A stretch of 64,000 nucleotides of DNA, taken from NCBI GenBank assembly GCA_951406725.2, contig OX597822.1, forward strand, positions 18,166,001 to 18,230,000. The letters are read 5' to 3'. A model generated the notes under the pieces. The model ran no database searches. It saw only the letters and a program-made list of their open reading frames with translations, and was not told the origin of the DNA. Source of the DNA: Octopus vulgaris. Taxonomy: Eukaryota. Shown piece by piece: positions 1 through 13,394 of the stretch (position 1 is its first letter; the number at the start of each line of letters is the position of its first letter). Made by a program: the position numbers and the translations under genes.

Positions 1-477
1 ACACACACATGCGCGCGCGAGCACATACTTACATACTCTGTTGAAGACACAGTTATTACTGCTAGTTTTCTTTTTTTTCTTTTACCCAAACTCTTCTTTT
101 ATCTTTGGTAAGATGACTTGGTGGAATCATTAGAAACACTGGAAAGAATTGTTTGTGGTATTTTTAGTCTATAGTAGTATCTATGTGGTAGAAGAGAGCT
201 TGGTAACCTTGGAAGGCAGCAAATCTGTGAGAATGACAATTCTAAGCATCAAACTATTGACAACCTTAGCAGACAGCTACCAAAGGACTAAGTAGTTAAA
301 CCAGGTGAAGAGCCAATGGCCTAAATAGGCCATGGCAGGAATTCATCTCAGAATGCAAAATGCCAGACCAAACATTGCAAGGAATGTTGCCTAGCATTCA
401 TACAATTCTGTCATTTAATTACAGTCAGTGACTTTATTAACAACAGTGTTTCTTACAACATGGCTTGCCTAGTTTTA

Positions 478-930
478 GGCATAACTGTGTGGTGGAGATG
501 CATGAGAAGGTTGCTTCCTAATCATGTGGTTTTGGATTCAGTCCCAGTATGTAGAACCTTGGGTGTCGTCTCTACTAAATGTGTATTTTTCAACACAGAG
601 ATGACCCAGAAGGTGTTACTCCTCGATTACTATCGCAAACAGCAGTAGATTTCTTCAGCTGAATACACATTGTTGATTGGTTAAAATTACCCAAATTCAA
701 CAACTTTAACACGAAATAACTTCTAAAATACAAAATTTTGTCAAAAATGTTGGAAGTAAACTGTGTTAGGCATGAGAAATTACACCAGTTTACGAAGTTT
801 CAAGCTATCAAAAAACAAAATAATTAAAAATATGTGAACCAAACTGAAGAGATCCTAACACTGTGCTGGCCCAAGTCTTGTGATTGGAAATGGTTGATAG
901 AAACTGAAAGAAGCCCGTCATATTTATTTG
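478..930 (+). mobile_element. tRNA-derived SINE (family A) split by a ~280 bp insert (576-858)
   Basis: Head 'ggcataactgtgtggt...ggattcagtccc...accttggg...gtcttctact' resumes at ~860 with 'ggcccaagtcttgtga...ggaaactgaaagaagcccgtc'. Matches many other copies in the window. Confidence 0.65.
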
Positions 931-939
931 TATGTTTGT

Positions 940-1200
940 CTCATCCTCATTTAACACGCATATTCCATGTTGGATGATTTGACAAGATCTAATGGATCAA
1001 AAGACAGCAACTAGTCCAGTGGTTCAAGGTCTGCTTTGGAACGGTTTCTGTGGTTGGATGCATTTGCCAATGTCAACCACATTACAGTCTGTACTCTGTT
1101 CTTTTCATGCTGCCAGCACTTGTGAGGTTACCATGCAGCTCACAAGACTACAAAAGCCATTTGTGGTGGTTGGGATTTATGCAAGGAGATTAGGGGTTAA
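940..1200 (-). mobile_element. RTE LINE 3'-UTR fragment (degenerate)
   Basis: Reverse complement resembles the 'ccaacccatgctagcatggaa...gttaaatgatg' RTE tail seen many times in the window. Confidence 0.5.
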
Positions 1201-1769
1201 AGTATGACAGATGGTGGGGGCAGACAGGGACAAGCATGTTCTTGTAAAGGAGTTACATGGTTATTTAATTTTAGAGGAGAGTGGGTGGGAATTTGAAGGT
1301 GTGTATGGGGGTAGGAGTTTGAAGGGAGGTAGGCAACAACTGTAAAGATGAGGTAGGATTGAAGGTGGATGTAGAGAATGATGGAGGACCAGTGATGCAT
1401 GAGTTGGGGAAGATGGTGGAGTGTAGAAGGGAGGACAAGGGGGAGATGATATTTGGTTGGTTAGGCTACTGGAACGAGAAGTGGAGCATGGGGTAAAGTT
1501 AGGTGGAATGCATGTGAGGAAAGAATTTTGCAGTTCAGGGTAAGCAGAATTGCTAACATGTGGGTTTGGTGAATAATAAAAGATGAAGAATTCTTGACAA
1601 GTGTAATGCTTCCAGGTAACAAGAAAAATAGGATGGTCTCAAGGGGTCAAGGATGGGGGTACACACAGAGAGTTGGGGGAGAGGTGTTTGGAGGATATTT
1701 TGGTGAGGTGTTCATTTATGAATATATATATGCACACAGTGCTTCCAGAAGTCAGAGTTGTGGATATGG

Positions 1770-2015
1770 GTGGATCTTCTTGACCATTTCATATTACAGT
1801 TCCTTTGTCATCTCTTCCATTCAGCTTTGGCTCCTGAGATCAACTTTCGTCACTTCAATTCATGTCTTCCTGGGTTTCTCTTTTCTACAAGTTCTGACCA
1901 CTTTTAGTGATCAACGCTTCATTATCTTCTTTATACAGCTGTCCTCATCCATGTCAATACCAGCACAATCTTGCACACTACATCTAATTCCACTTGTGCC
2001 CAGTTTTTCTCCTGC
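1770..2015 (-). mobile_element. RTE LINE ORF C-terminus, degenerate
   Basis: Minus-strand translation EKLG..GIRCSVQ...DEDSCIKK...TCRKEKPRKT*IEV..VDL matches the RTE C-terminus also seen at 24997-25206. Confidence 0.6.
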
Positions 2016-2191
2016 ATGCATAAATATATATATAATCAGCCAAAATTGAGAGAATAATCTGGTTCTTGACTGAAGATAGAAAACTTCGAATTACCCGTCT
2101 TTGTTTTCTTTGTATCATCTATCTGGATGTTTTGTTGTCCCTTTTTGTATTACTTAGTTGTCTGGATGTTTTGGGTTCTTGCCCCATTTTG

Positions 2192-2231
<40 letters not shown>

Positions 2232-2819
2232 ATATGTATATATATATATCATTGTGTGTGTGTGTCTCTTTGTCTGGAAATCATGCAGTATTTGTAAACA
2301 AACCACTCCATAATAAAAGTAATGCTATTGTCTGGCCAAATGTGAATATAATCTTGGTTGGAAACAGGTGAGGGTTGGTAACAGGGAGAGCATCTGGCTG
2401 TAGATGATAATTTGTCTGAATGCATTCTGCCTGACTCTCATGTAAGCCTGAAAAAGTGGATGTAAACAACAGTTAGGATTTCTTCTGATATTGTATCATT
2501 ATAGATATACAGATGCACATGTGCCAACCCATAGCCTGCTGGTAGGGATGAAAACCTTATGTTCACTTCTCTCAGTCATGAGGACCATTGTCTTTATCTG
2601 AATCTGCTCTTCCTTTTTATAAATCTTTTATCTATTTACCTTTGTTTGGAACTTTTTCTTTTTGACTCTGAAATGGTGAAAGACAAAGTCAACCATGGTG
2701 GCATTTGAACTTAGAATGTAAGAACTGGAAGCAACAATACAGAGCACTTTGTCCAGTGCCTTAATGATTTTGCTCATCCAACAAATAATAATGATGATGA
2801 TGATGATGATGATAATGAC

Positions 2820-3197
2820 AGTGAAGAAGAAGACAACCAGATATGATAACAGAAGACAAAATGAAACAGTGCAAGATGATAGATTTTGCAATTCTGTATA
2901 ATAGCAAAAATTGATAAAAATGGAGAAATATCAGGATCTAGCTTTTGAGAACTGAGGAGACTGTGAGAGACCATAAGAACAATTATTCTGGTGGTAATTG
3001 GTGCATTTGGCACAACACCCAAAATTCTACCAAATAGACTGAAAGCGATTGGAATTGAAACACACACTGTGAACCTACAGAAAAGTGCCTTCCTATATTT
3101 TACAAGAATTCTCAGAAAGAATTTTGAATTTTGAGAAAAATTATCACCAAGCATGAAGATAAAATCCCTGCCAATTAAATTAGTATTTACAAGCTTA
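2820..3197 (+). mobile_element. R4/Dong-like 3' fragment (restriction-like endonuclease), degenerate
   Basis: RRPDMI...KMIDFAI...RRL*...VVIGAFG...LQKSAFL...RILRK is the RLE C-terminus. Ends in (TAA)n. Confidence 0.7.
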
Positions 3198-3244
3198 ATA
3201 ATAATAATAATGATAATAAAAGTAATAATAATAATAATAATGAT

Positions 3245-3678
<434 letters not shown>

Positions 3679-4467
3679 TTGCAGTACTCATGGAAATTTC
3701 ACAATAAATACAAAATACTTTAGATGGTTGTAAGTTTAAATAGAGCCCTACCAATTAGTGTTCCTTTATAAATTGCCTATTCTGCCTTATTTTCATTTAG
3801 AGACACCTTTCAGTCCTTCTGTATAAGATTGTAATTGAAGGAGTATAACTCTCCCATTCTCTCAGCCGTTCAGACGGTTCTTCATTTATAAATCTAATAG
3901 CTTCACAATGATTACAGAGAATATTCATGGCACCAATGTTGCAATTTTCAACCATATAGTCTGAACACTTTCCCTCATCGGTTATAAATACCCACCTTTT
4001 GATGCATATTTCCCCATTTTACACACTCCGATACCCCTGTACTTGTCCTAGTAATTCATCTCTCCGCTTCTCTTTACACCATTGCCCATTCAGTCTCATT
4101 CTTTCTCTTGTTAGCTTACATCATCTGTCATCCATATTTCATAAAGAAACATCCATCTTCAAGCGAGCAGATGATATATAATTGCACTTATGCACATGCA
4201 TTAAGTGACAGGTGATGTAAAACATTTAGTTCAATTAAGAAGAAGGAAAAAAGCCACATTTTTCACTATCCACTCCCTACTGCCACCTTCACCATGACCA
4301 CCACCACCAACACCACAGTTTTCAATAACAAAGCTCAGTTTAAGTTGTTTGCCAATGAAGTTTATTTCATTTCATTTCAGTTCAGTTGTTTGTTTATATC
4401 TACTTTTCTTGTTAATACAAAGTTCAAATAACACCCACAGCTATCTTGTTAAGATATTTCGCTTTAA

Positions 4468-5842
4468 TTTTTTTTTTTTTTTGGGGCTCAAAAAGCAAAA
4501 GCAAGGCCATGTAGGGGGACATGGAGTTATGTACAGGGAGGGTGTTCATACACAGAGTTCAAGCCATTTCTGGTCAAGAGAGACTTTGAACCAAGCGGTC
4601 ATCGGCATCTTCACTATCGCGTCCGGCAGCTTATTCCACGGATCCGCCACCTGGACGGAGAAAGCCCCTCTCCTTCGATTGAGATGAAATCGTCGCAGAC
4701 AGAGCTTTTTGGAGTGACCCCGCTGCCCACGCTCTGGAGCAGGAGTGAAGAACAGCTCTTTCAAGAGGTTACACTTTCCGCTTATGATGTTGTGAGCAAG
4801 AATGAGATCACCACGGCGGTGGCGTTTTTCTAGAGAATAAAGATCGAGCGTCTTCAGCCTTTCTTCATAAGACAAATGCCTGAGACCAAGAACCATGTGG
4901 GTAACCAGCTTCTGGACTCTTTCGAGATGATGTATGTCTTTGAGGAGATAAGGAGAAGAGGCTTGAATCCCGTACTCCAATATGGGTCTCACCAGCGTGA
5001 CATAGAGCGGTAGGAATATGGCTGCTGTGAGCATTTCGAATGACCGTTGAATCAAAAACAGAACTCCGTGTGCTTTGTTGGCAGCATGGACGCATTCGAC
5101 CGAAGGCAAAAAGGAAGAATCCACCAAGATACCCAGGTCCTTTACTTGGTCAGTCTTCTCCAGCAGCAGACGACTCGGCTCGAAATCAAGTTGTGTTGCA
5201 GGAGAGGAGCCATCAGGCAGATGACAGCACTTTGACACGTTCAGACACAGATCCCATTCATTTGACTATCTCCAAACTTGGTGGAGGCATCGACGAAGAT
5301 CCTCTATATCACTGTGAGGAGCGGCCAGTTTGACATCGTCGGAAAATAGAAGGGTGTGTTGCGTGAGGCCGTTGGGCAAGTCATTGATGAAGACTAAAAG
5401 CAATAACGGCCCAAACACTGAACCTTGAGGCATGCCACTGCTCGCACTGGAGACGTCGGACAGTGAACCATTAATTTGGATTTGGAAGGAGCGATCTGAG
5501 AAGAAGGCACCAACCCATCATACAATATCCGGATGGAAGCTATATGCTTGAAGCTTGACAAGTAATAGGCAGTGGTTTACCGAGTCAAAAGCTTTGGCAA
5601 AGTCCAATAAAACAATGTCAACAGCATCACCATCATCCAGGATACGTGTCACCAATTCTCCCATTACCAGTAAGTTAGACAAGCATGATCTCTCCGGCAC
5701 GAAGCCGTGTTGGGAATCAGAGATTGAGGCTGTGTTTTGGAGGTGGAGCAACATACTTTTCTTAAGGATGGTTTCGAACATCTTGCTGATTATTGAAGTA
5801 AGGGAAACCGGTCAGTAGTTAAGCGGGTCATCATGGCTCCCT
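4468..5842 (-). mobile_element. CR1-group LINE, 5'-truncated (RT and C-terminus, short 3' UTR, poly-A)
   Basis: One frame from ~5840 to 4546: PLNY*PVSLTS...QHGF...SCLSNLL...LDFAKAFDSVNH...SGMPQGSVFGPLL...LFSDDVKL...KDLGILVD...YVTLVRPILEYG...LERVQ...RRGDLI. Three stops (TGA ~5812, TGA 5518, TAG 5266). Poly-T on plus at ~4468-4482. Confidence 0.92.
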
Positions 5843-6134
5843 ATCTTTTTATGAACAGTTTATTTGAATTGTTCCTTCTTCTGTCCATCTTGTGATGTAT
5901 TTGTCAATGTGGATGGATGGATGGAGGGGTGGGTGGGTTTTTTGGTGGATTGGATGGATGGGTGGATTGATCAAAGACATAGAAAAACTGAATATTGCAA
6001 TGTGACTCTCCTGTTAGTCACAACAATATATAATGTTTAAGATTTCCAGAATTAGAAGTCAGAACATAAAGATGGGACAAAATGCCACTAAGCATTTTGT
6101 CAGGCATGCTGATGGTTCAGCTAGCTTCTGCCTC

Positions 6135-6173
<39 letters not shown>

Positions 6174-6515
6174 TGTTTTCAACATGGGCAAAAGCTTTGA
6201 AAATGGAGCAGACGATCAGTTTGATTAAATGTACTTAACTGTTATTTTATTTTCTTGATCCCAGAAAGATGAAAGGCAAAAATTGGCTCCTAGCAGAATT
6301 TGAACTCAGAACAAAGATCTGTTCCTAAATACCACAAGGCATTTTGTCTGATGATTCAGCCAATCAACAAATATCTATTTTATATTTTTGAAATAATATC
6401 AATGTGTATGAACATCAGAGTAATTTAGAAGCAGCAGATTTACCAAAAACTACTCACAGTTTGATTGTCAAACGGACGAATAAATAAATACATACACATT
6501 TATATATGTATATTT

Positions 6516-6565
<50 letters not shown>

Positions 6566-7396
6566 TACATATCTAGTTTTGTTTGTATGTATATATATGT
6601 ATGTATATATGTATATAATCATATATATATAAGTATATATTGTCAGATCAGCACATACACACACACATGCACATACAGAGCTAGAGCTATGAAAACAAGA
6701 ACTCATTGATTTTTGTATAATTTATCTTGAATTTGTATATTTTGTGCCATTGAAAGTAGTTGAGAAATCCTATAATATCCACAGGGATTAAACTATCAGC
6801 AAAGATACAAAGAAGAGAAGTAACAGAGAATATAACAAAACAAAACCTCACAACTAACCTTCAGAAGAAAGTTTGTTTCTATTGAAAACGTGCAAAGATA
6901 TTTTATTATATTTGAAGTGTTTATAGATGTTTTATTGTGAACAACTCTCCTCAGATACAGCAATGCCTTCCCTCCTTCCCTCAATAGAAAATTGTGGGAG
7001 AACTGCAAACAATAATTACGAATAATGAATCATAATATTTGCCTGTATCATAGTGGTTTGTAAGGTAAAGATCAGTTTCAAATTCTTTGCAAAGATTGAA
7101 GAATGATGCCATTCACTTTTGTTGTTCTTCAAACAATTTCTCTATAATGAAGTCACACACAAACACATACACCCCACTGGCCATTACAATCTTACCAGCA
7201 AGCAAGAAATCTAAGAAGTGCTGTAAAAAAGCCATTCTATTGATAACATAGATAGATATTCTTGCTTCATCTCTAGCAGAAACTGGATTCTAAGAATAAC
7301 CATACTACTGTGTCAGTCTCACTGTTAAACCACAAAGAATCAGTCTTTTGTTTCCTGAGTTGCCAGTTCAATTTTGGGTTTTTTCCATTCACATTT

Positions 7397-7893
7397 AGGT
7401 GCAGAAGGTGTCTGGGTAGTTAAGAAGCTTGCTTCTTAATGTTGTGATCTCAGGTTCAATTCCACTACACAATACCTTGAGCATATGTGGTCTGTTATAG
7501 CCCCGGGTGGACCAAAGGTTTGTGAGAGGATTTGGTAGTTGGAAACTGAAAAAAGCCTGTTGTGTGTGTGTGTGCATGTGTGAACATGTGTGAACATGTG
7601 TGCACATGTGCATGTGTGTGTGTATGTGCGTGTGTGTGTGTGTGTGTGTGCACGCATGCCTTTGTCTAGACATCACATGACACTTGTAAATGAAAAATAG
7701 CATCATGTAAGTGATGCTGTAAATTTCCAGTCTTTTGTAGAAAACATATCTGGCCATGGGAGGGGGGGCGGGGTAATATTTACTTTGCTAGGAAACAGGT
7801 GATGGTTGGTGACAGGAAAGGCATCTGGCCATAGAAAATACTTGAACAATATCCATCAGATACATGTATGCGTGGAAAAGTGATGATGATGAT
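7397..7893 (+). mobile_element. Composite SINE: family A tRNA head, (TG)n, RTE-like tail ending in (GAT)n
   Basis: A/B-box-like head 'ggtagttaagaagcttgc...ggttcaattcc'. Tail 'ggaaacaggtga...gacaggaaaggcatctggcc...gatgatgatg'. Similar composite at ~22803-23445. Confidence 0.7.
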
Positions 7894-10269
7894 TTAGGCA
7901 GATGGCTACATGTTTCAAGTAGCTTGCTTTACAATCATGTGGTTTTGGGTTCATTACCCAGTGAAACATTTTGAACAGCTGACCAATGCCTTGTGAATGT
8001 AATGGGTAGATAGGAAGAGTAGGCCTACTTTAATCCTAAAATATGTATCGGGGCAACACAAACGCTTACTTGTTGACCCTGATACCAAAATGCACCGCAG
8101 CTTTGTTGAAATGTAAGCAGTCCTTGGATGAAGCTGGTCCTCACAAATTCAGAATTATCTGGTTGATTGAAGATGAATCACACCTATACAGGAATGGTAA
8201 TTTCAAATGAAAAAAATGTGGTGTGAATTTTGAGAGAATTCTTAATATTTTAAGAATTTTACTTCAAGGGAGTAATGATTCGAAGAAAACTCAATCCACA
8301 ATGGTAGGAAATTGTGTTTTCAATTTTCTTCAAATGCAAACTCTTTCTTGGTTTCAACCATTAGATTGTGCCCATGCTGGAGCACAATCTCTGTCAAATG
8401 GTTTAGTCAATTATATCACCTGCAGTACTTACCGAAGCCTGGCACTTATTTAGCAGTTGCTGAAGTTTTACTGTTTGGGCCATAATCGAATGGACCTCAA
8501 GATCAAGATTTACTTTGGAAAACACACATACATGCTCACACACACACATGCTCGTGCACCCATGCATGCATGCACACAGACACACACACACACACAATGA
8601 TTTGGTTCAGTCATCAGAGCATTGGGTAGAATGCCTCACAGCTTTTAATCCAATCATCAGTGCTTTGAATTCAAGTCTTACTGTGGTCAATTTTGCCTTT
8701 TATTCTGGGTGTCAGGAAAAAGTAATAATTGTTTAGTATCATAGAACTGTTAAAGCATTGGATTGATCCCTTGTGATATTTGTTCTGTTTCATAGTATTT
8801 TGATGGCAGTCCCTGTCATGACATTGGTAGCAAGCTGTACAAGTCATTACCTTTCTCTTAAAAGACATTAATGTTGTGGGGAGAAGTGGCACGTACACAA
8901 AGGTAGCCAGTGGGACTGAACCTGAAGCCAGGTGGCTGCAAAGCAAACTTATTAACCACACAGCCATGCCTTCATCTAACATTATTATCAAGAGTGAGAT
9001 ATGTGCAGACATATTATACAGGTTTCCATAAACTGAATTCCCTCACAAGGTATTGATCTGGGGCTGTAGTACAGTGGTGGTGGTAGTAGTAGTAAACAAT
9101 TTGACAAGTTTTAATTGGTTTGGGGGTTTTCTTGGATCGTACTGAAAACTGTTTAAAATCTCTCTTCAAAGTAGCCCTTTTGTGTATAGATGTGTGTGTG
9201 TGTGTGTAAGTGCAAATGTACATGTGTAAGTGTAAACTACAAATGCGTGTAGTTTAGTAATTAAAACTAAAAAAACCTTGTCAACAGGTTCGTTAATATT
9301 CCTCTTCATATTAATATTTCACTTCATATAAACCAATCATAAAATACACTCACTCACTCATTCATAACAGATGGGCAGACACAGCAGTAGTAGTAGTAGC
9401 AGCTGTGGTGTTGACAGCGGTGGTGGCATAAGTAGTAGATTTGAAATCATGTTTGAACAGTTCTGCATTGATCTGTTCTTGAAATAATTGCTTTTGGTGG
9501 TTCTGTTGCAGATATTTACTATATTTTTGTGACTAAAAGCATCTTCTTTATTAAAGATTGTGAACTGCTTAAAAAGCCTTCAACGACCGTTCATCCCTGC
9601 CACATTCACTCCACTATTTATTTATCTTATTTGCTTCTCGCTTGTTTGCTGTGTGTGTTTATTTTATTCTATTTTATTTTCCAATTTTGTGAACAATGAT
9701 TTCGTTGATTAAAGATTTCCAGTGGGACAATCATTGGTTCACTGCATTTATGATGGCGAGACTGACAAGGGACCATCTGTGCAACTCACCAGAACAAATA
9801 CCACAAGGTATCTTTTGTTCCAAAGCTCAAGTTTATCATTCTTTTTCTTTATGATATTTACATCTATCATTGGACCATCTCATTATACATATCATCATCA
9901 TCATCATCATCATTATCATTATCATCACTATTTAATGTCCGTTTTTCCATGCTGACATGGGTTGGACATTTTGCCAGGGGATGGCTAAGCAGAACACTGC
10001 ACCAGGCTTTACGGTCTGTTTTGGCATGGCTTTTTATGGTGGATACCCTTCCTAACACCAACCACCTTACAGAGTGGACTCCTTACACACACACACATTG
10101 AGATAGATGCAGGCATGGCCATGTAGTTAAGAAGCTTGCTTTGCAACCATGTGGTTTCAGGTTAAGTCCTCCTGTGTGACACTTTGGGCAAGTGTCTTCT
10201 GCTATATCTCTGAATGAATTTGGTTGATGGAAATTGTCTTTGAGCCTATTTTATCATCATCATCAACAA

Positions 10270-10715
10270 CAACTTTAGTTTTAGCTAAGTTAACTTTACG
10301 TTCCCTTTGATTCCAGATTTTGCTTCCAAACCTGGAACTTCTCCAATTCTGCTTCAAATTCTGCAATAAGAGCAAGGTCATCAGCATATATCAGTTCCCA
10401 TGGCCTGGAGAACTATGACGAGTAGGCATGGACTAAGAACTGAGCCCTGGTGAATCCCTACCTGTATGCTAAGTTCATCATTGTATTTGTGGCTGACTCT
10501 CACCTTACTGACAGCACCACTGTACATGGCTTGAACTACTCTACCAAACCACTCCTCTACTCCTAGCTTCCTTAAAGACCACCATATAACAAAGCAGGGA
10601 ACACTGTCGAAAGCTTTCTCCAGGTCGACGAATGCTAAGTGCAATGGCTTATTTTGGGCCAAATACTTTTCTTGCAACTGTCTCACGATGAAGATGGCAT
10701 CTATGGTACTTCTTT
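10270..10715 (-). mobile_element. RTE LINE reverse transcriptase fragment
   Basis: STIDAIFIVRQLQEKYL...HLAFVDLEKAFDSVP...GIHQGSVLSP..., then IYADDLAL...KVNLAKTKV in a shifted frame. Confidence 0.9.
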
Positions 10716-10750
10716 TGATATATTTATAAATATACATATATATATTTATA

Positions 10751-11230
10751 GGTGACACCCTAGATACAAATAATTACAGAGGTATCAAGCTGTTGGATCA
10801 GATAATGAAGGTTACGGAGAGGGTCATAGCCTGTGCTAGTAGGGTGCCAGGAACACCATCCGAGCATGATCGTTGTGATCGTTGCCTGAGCAGCCAACTG
10901 GTTTCTGTACCTGTGGCATGTAAAAGGGCACCATTCGAGCATGATCGTTGCCAACATCGCTTCACTGGCACCTGTGTTGGTGGCACGTGTAAAAAGAGTC
11001 AAGCGAGGTCATTGCCAGTACCGCCTGACTGGCCCCCATGCAGGTGGCACGTAAAAAGCACCCGCTATACTCTCGGAGTGGTTGGTGTTAGGAAGGGCAT
11101 CCAGCTATAGAAACTCTGCTAGATCAAGACTGGAGCCTGGTGCAGCCATCTGGTTGCCAGCCGTCAGTCAAAAGCGTCCAACCCATGCTAGCATGGAAAA
11201 CGGACGTTAAACGATGATGATGATGATGAT
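10751..11230 (+). mobile_element. Internally deleted RTE: short RT piece fused to the 3' UTR
   Basis: GDTLDTNNYRGIKLLDQIMKVTERVIA joins directly to ~60-bp subrepeats and the tail 'ccatgctagcatggaaaacggacgttaaacgatgatgat'. Confidence 0.8.
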
Positions 11231-11880
11231 ATATATACACACACACACACACATACACACATAGACAGATGCATACGTACATACATATGTGTGTGTTTTG
11301 TGGTAGGGTGGTGTCTATATGTCTCAATGTGTGTGTGTGTTTCTTACTGTTTGCCTCTTTCCCTGCAATTGACACTTAGTGTTGGTCTGTTTATGTTCTT
11401 GTAACTTAACAGGTTGGCAAAAGGGAACAGATGGAGTAAAAATCAGTCTTGTGGTTAATTTGTTCCTCTAAATCCTTCAAGACCCCAGTCACTTGCTCTT
11501 TGAGTGCCATCAGCTAGTCCACTCATCTGCAACCATTTGGATTGAGGCCTTCAGCTTGAAGCTACCTACTTGTCTCCCTCCCATCTTTCTTAGAAGTTCT
11601 GTAAAAGGTCCTGCTACTATATTCAACCTCCTATCAAAAAGATAAATATGAATTGGCTTCAATAACATGTGACAATGGTAACTCTGTATTCTCTCTTGAA
11701 AATGATGTGCAGAATAATACCATAAATTGTGTATTTCACTTGCGTTCGCAGAAAATCCACACAAGCATGGATTGAATTATGATTGCAGCTTCAAATGAAG
11801 AAAAGAGTTGGGGGAAATAAACAGAGAGATGAAAAAATTCTGTTAATTTTTTAATTTAATGTCATTTAAAGGTTAATCTA

Positions 11881-12082
11881 AGGCAGTGAACTGGCAGAAT
11901 CATTAGCATGTCAGACAAAATGCTTGGCAGCATTTCCCCCCAATTCTTTACATTCTGAGCCTGTATGCTACTGAGATCAACTGCTTTCCATCCCTTCAGG
12001 GTTAATAAAGTTGTACCAGTCATATATTGGGGTCGATGTAATTGACTTGCCCCTCTTCCCTCAAAGTTTCTGGTCATGATTC
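11881..12082 (+). mobile_element. tRNA-derived SINE (family B)
   Basis: 'ggcagtgaactggcagaatcattagc...aaatgctt...ctttccatcccttcagggt...gtaccag...ggggtcgatgtaattgac'. Other copies at ~51340, 56773, 57017, 57320, 58610 (plus) and ~2630, 6110, 35877 (minus). Confidence 0.8.
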
Positions 12083-12937
12083 TTGCAATGAAAGTTGTGA
12101 TCTCAGTCATTTGCCTTAAAAGAAAAAAAAAATGACACATTGGGTTGTGTCGTCTTGATTACACCATGACCCCCAAGAAAACAAGTGGGATGTTCATAAC
12201 TGAAATGTCTTGACCACTGGTCTGTCAGGTTTTACATGCAACTAAACAACAACAAAACCAGTAACTCCTGACATCGTTTCTCCTCCTTGTCTCCAATCTT
12301 GGTGACTCTCTGAAAGCTCAGAGGAAAACACTGACCTTCCTCCTAATTCTTTGTGTCTCTGTTTCTGCGTCTTCTCTATCTTACCAACTTTTCAAACTTA
12401 TAACACAAAACTATGGACCTTAATAATCCACGTAATCAAAACTTGGTAATTAAGTGAAATTTAGCTGACTTAAGAGGACATTTAGATGCTTCTGTTGGCT
12501 TTTAAAAGGTGATAAATTCTTTCTGAAAATGTAACCAGTTTAAACACAACAGAAATAAAAGTTTCTACTGAAACATTTTTAATGTGATTTACATCCAATT
12601 ACATTTTTTCCCACAATTAATTTTTGCCAATCATAAAAATGTCAATGCAATATAACTGTTAATAATTCTTGATGTTGGTAATTCTAGGATTTTCTGGGAA
12701 GAAGGCAATGAAATTTAGATAAGCTTTCAAGAAAGAGAGAAAGGTAGCGGTTCCAATCTGGGAATCATGTTCGTCCACAAGAAAGAACTCCATTTGGAAT
12801 GTAGAAGATTAGATAAGTTGATTTATTCTTAGTCTTAGAATATGGCCACCACTGTTAGCAAATGTTCCCTTTGCTGAAACCATATTGTAAGAATATTGTA
12901 AGAATATTCCTATAGATGTATGTGCATACCTTCATTT

Positions 12938-13350
12938 CATCATCATCATTTAATGTCTGCTTTCCATGCTGGCATGGGTTGGATAGTTTGACTGGAACTG
13001 GTAAGCTGGAGAGCTGTACCAGGTTCCAGTCTGGTTTGGCATAGTTTCTATGGCTGGATGTCCTTCCTAATGCCAACCACTCCAAGAGTGTAGTGACTGC
13101 TTTTTACGTGCCACCAGCACAGAGGCCATTTACATGACACTGGCAACAGCCATGACTATGGTTTCACTTGGCTTGACGAGTCTTCTCAAGCACAGCATAT
13201 CATCAAGGTCTTGGTCACTTGTCATCAACTCCATGAGGCCCAACATTCAAAGATTATGCTTCACCACCTCATACCTTGCCTTCTTGAGGACCAGAATTCA
13301 AAGATCATGCTGCTGGCAATGGCCACGATTATGATTTCATGGGTACCATT
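12938..13350 (-). mobile_element. 5'-truncated RTE (last codons plus 3' UTR)
   Basis: Reverse complement encodes ...EVVKHNL..LGLMEL.TSDQD...YAVLEKTRQAK, followed by the (GAT)n-tailed UTR. Confidence 0.75.
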
Positions 13351-13394
13351 TACATAACACCAGCAATATGTGTTTGTGTGTGTGTGTGTGTAAA

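Noticed and set aside
2066-2100. CTGAAGA...cGAAt hammerhead-like motif
   Set aside because: GAAA and stems I and III are not recoverable. At best a decayed pLTR remnant.
10830-11065. CRISPR-like repeat array
   Set aside because: These are degenerate tandem subunits of an RTE UTR, with no unique spacers, in a eukaryotic context.
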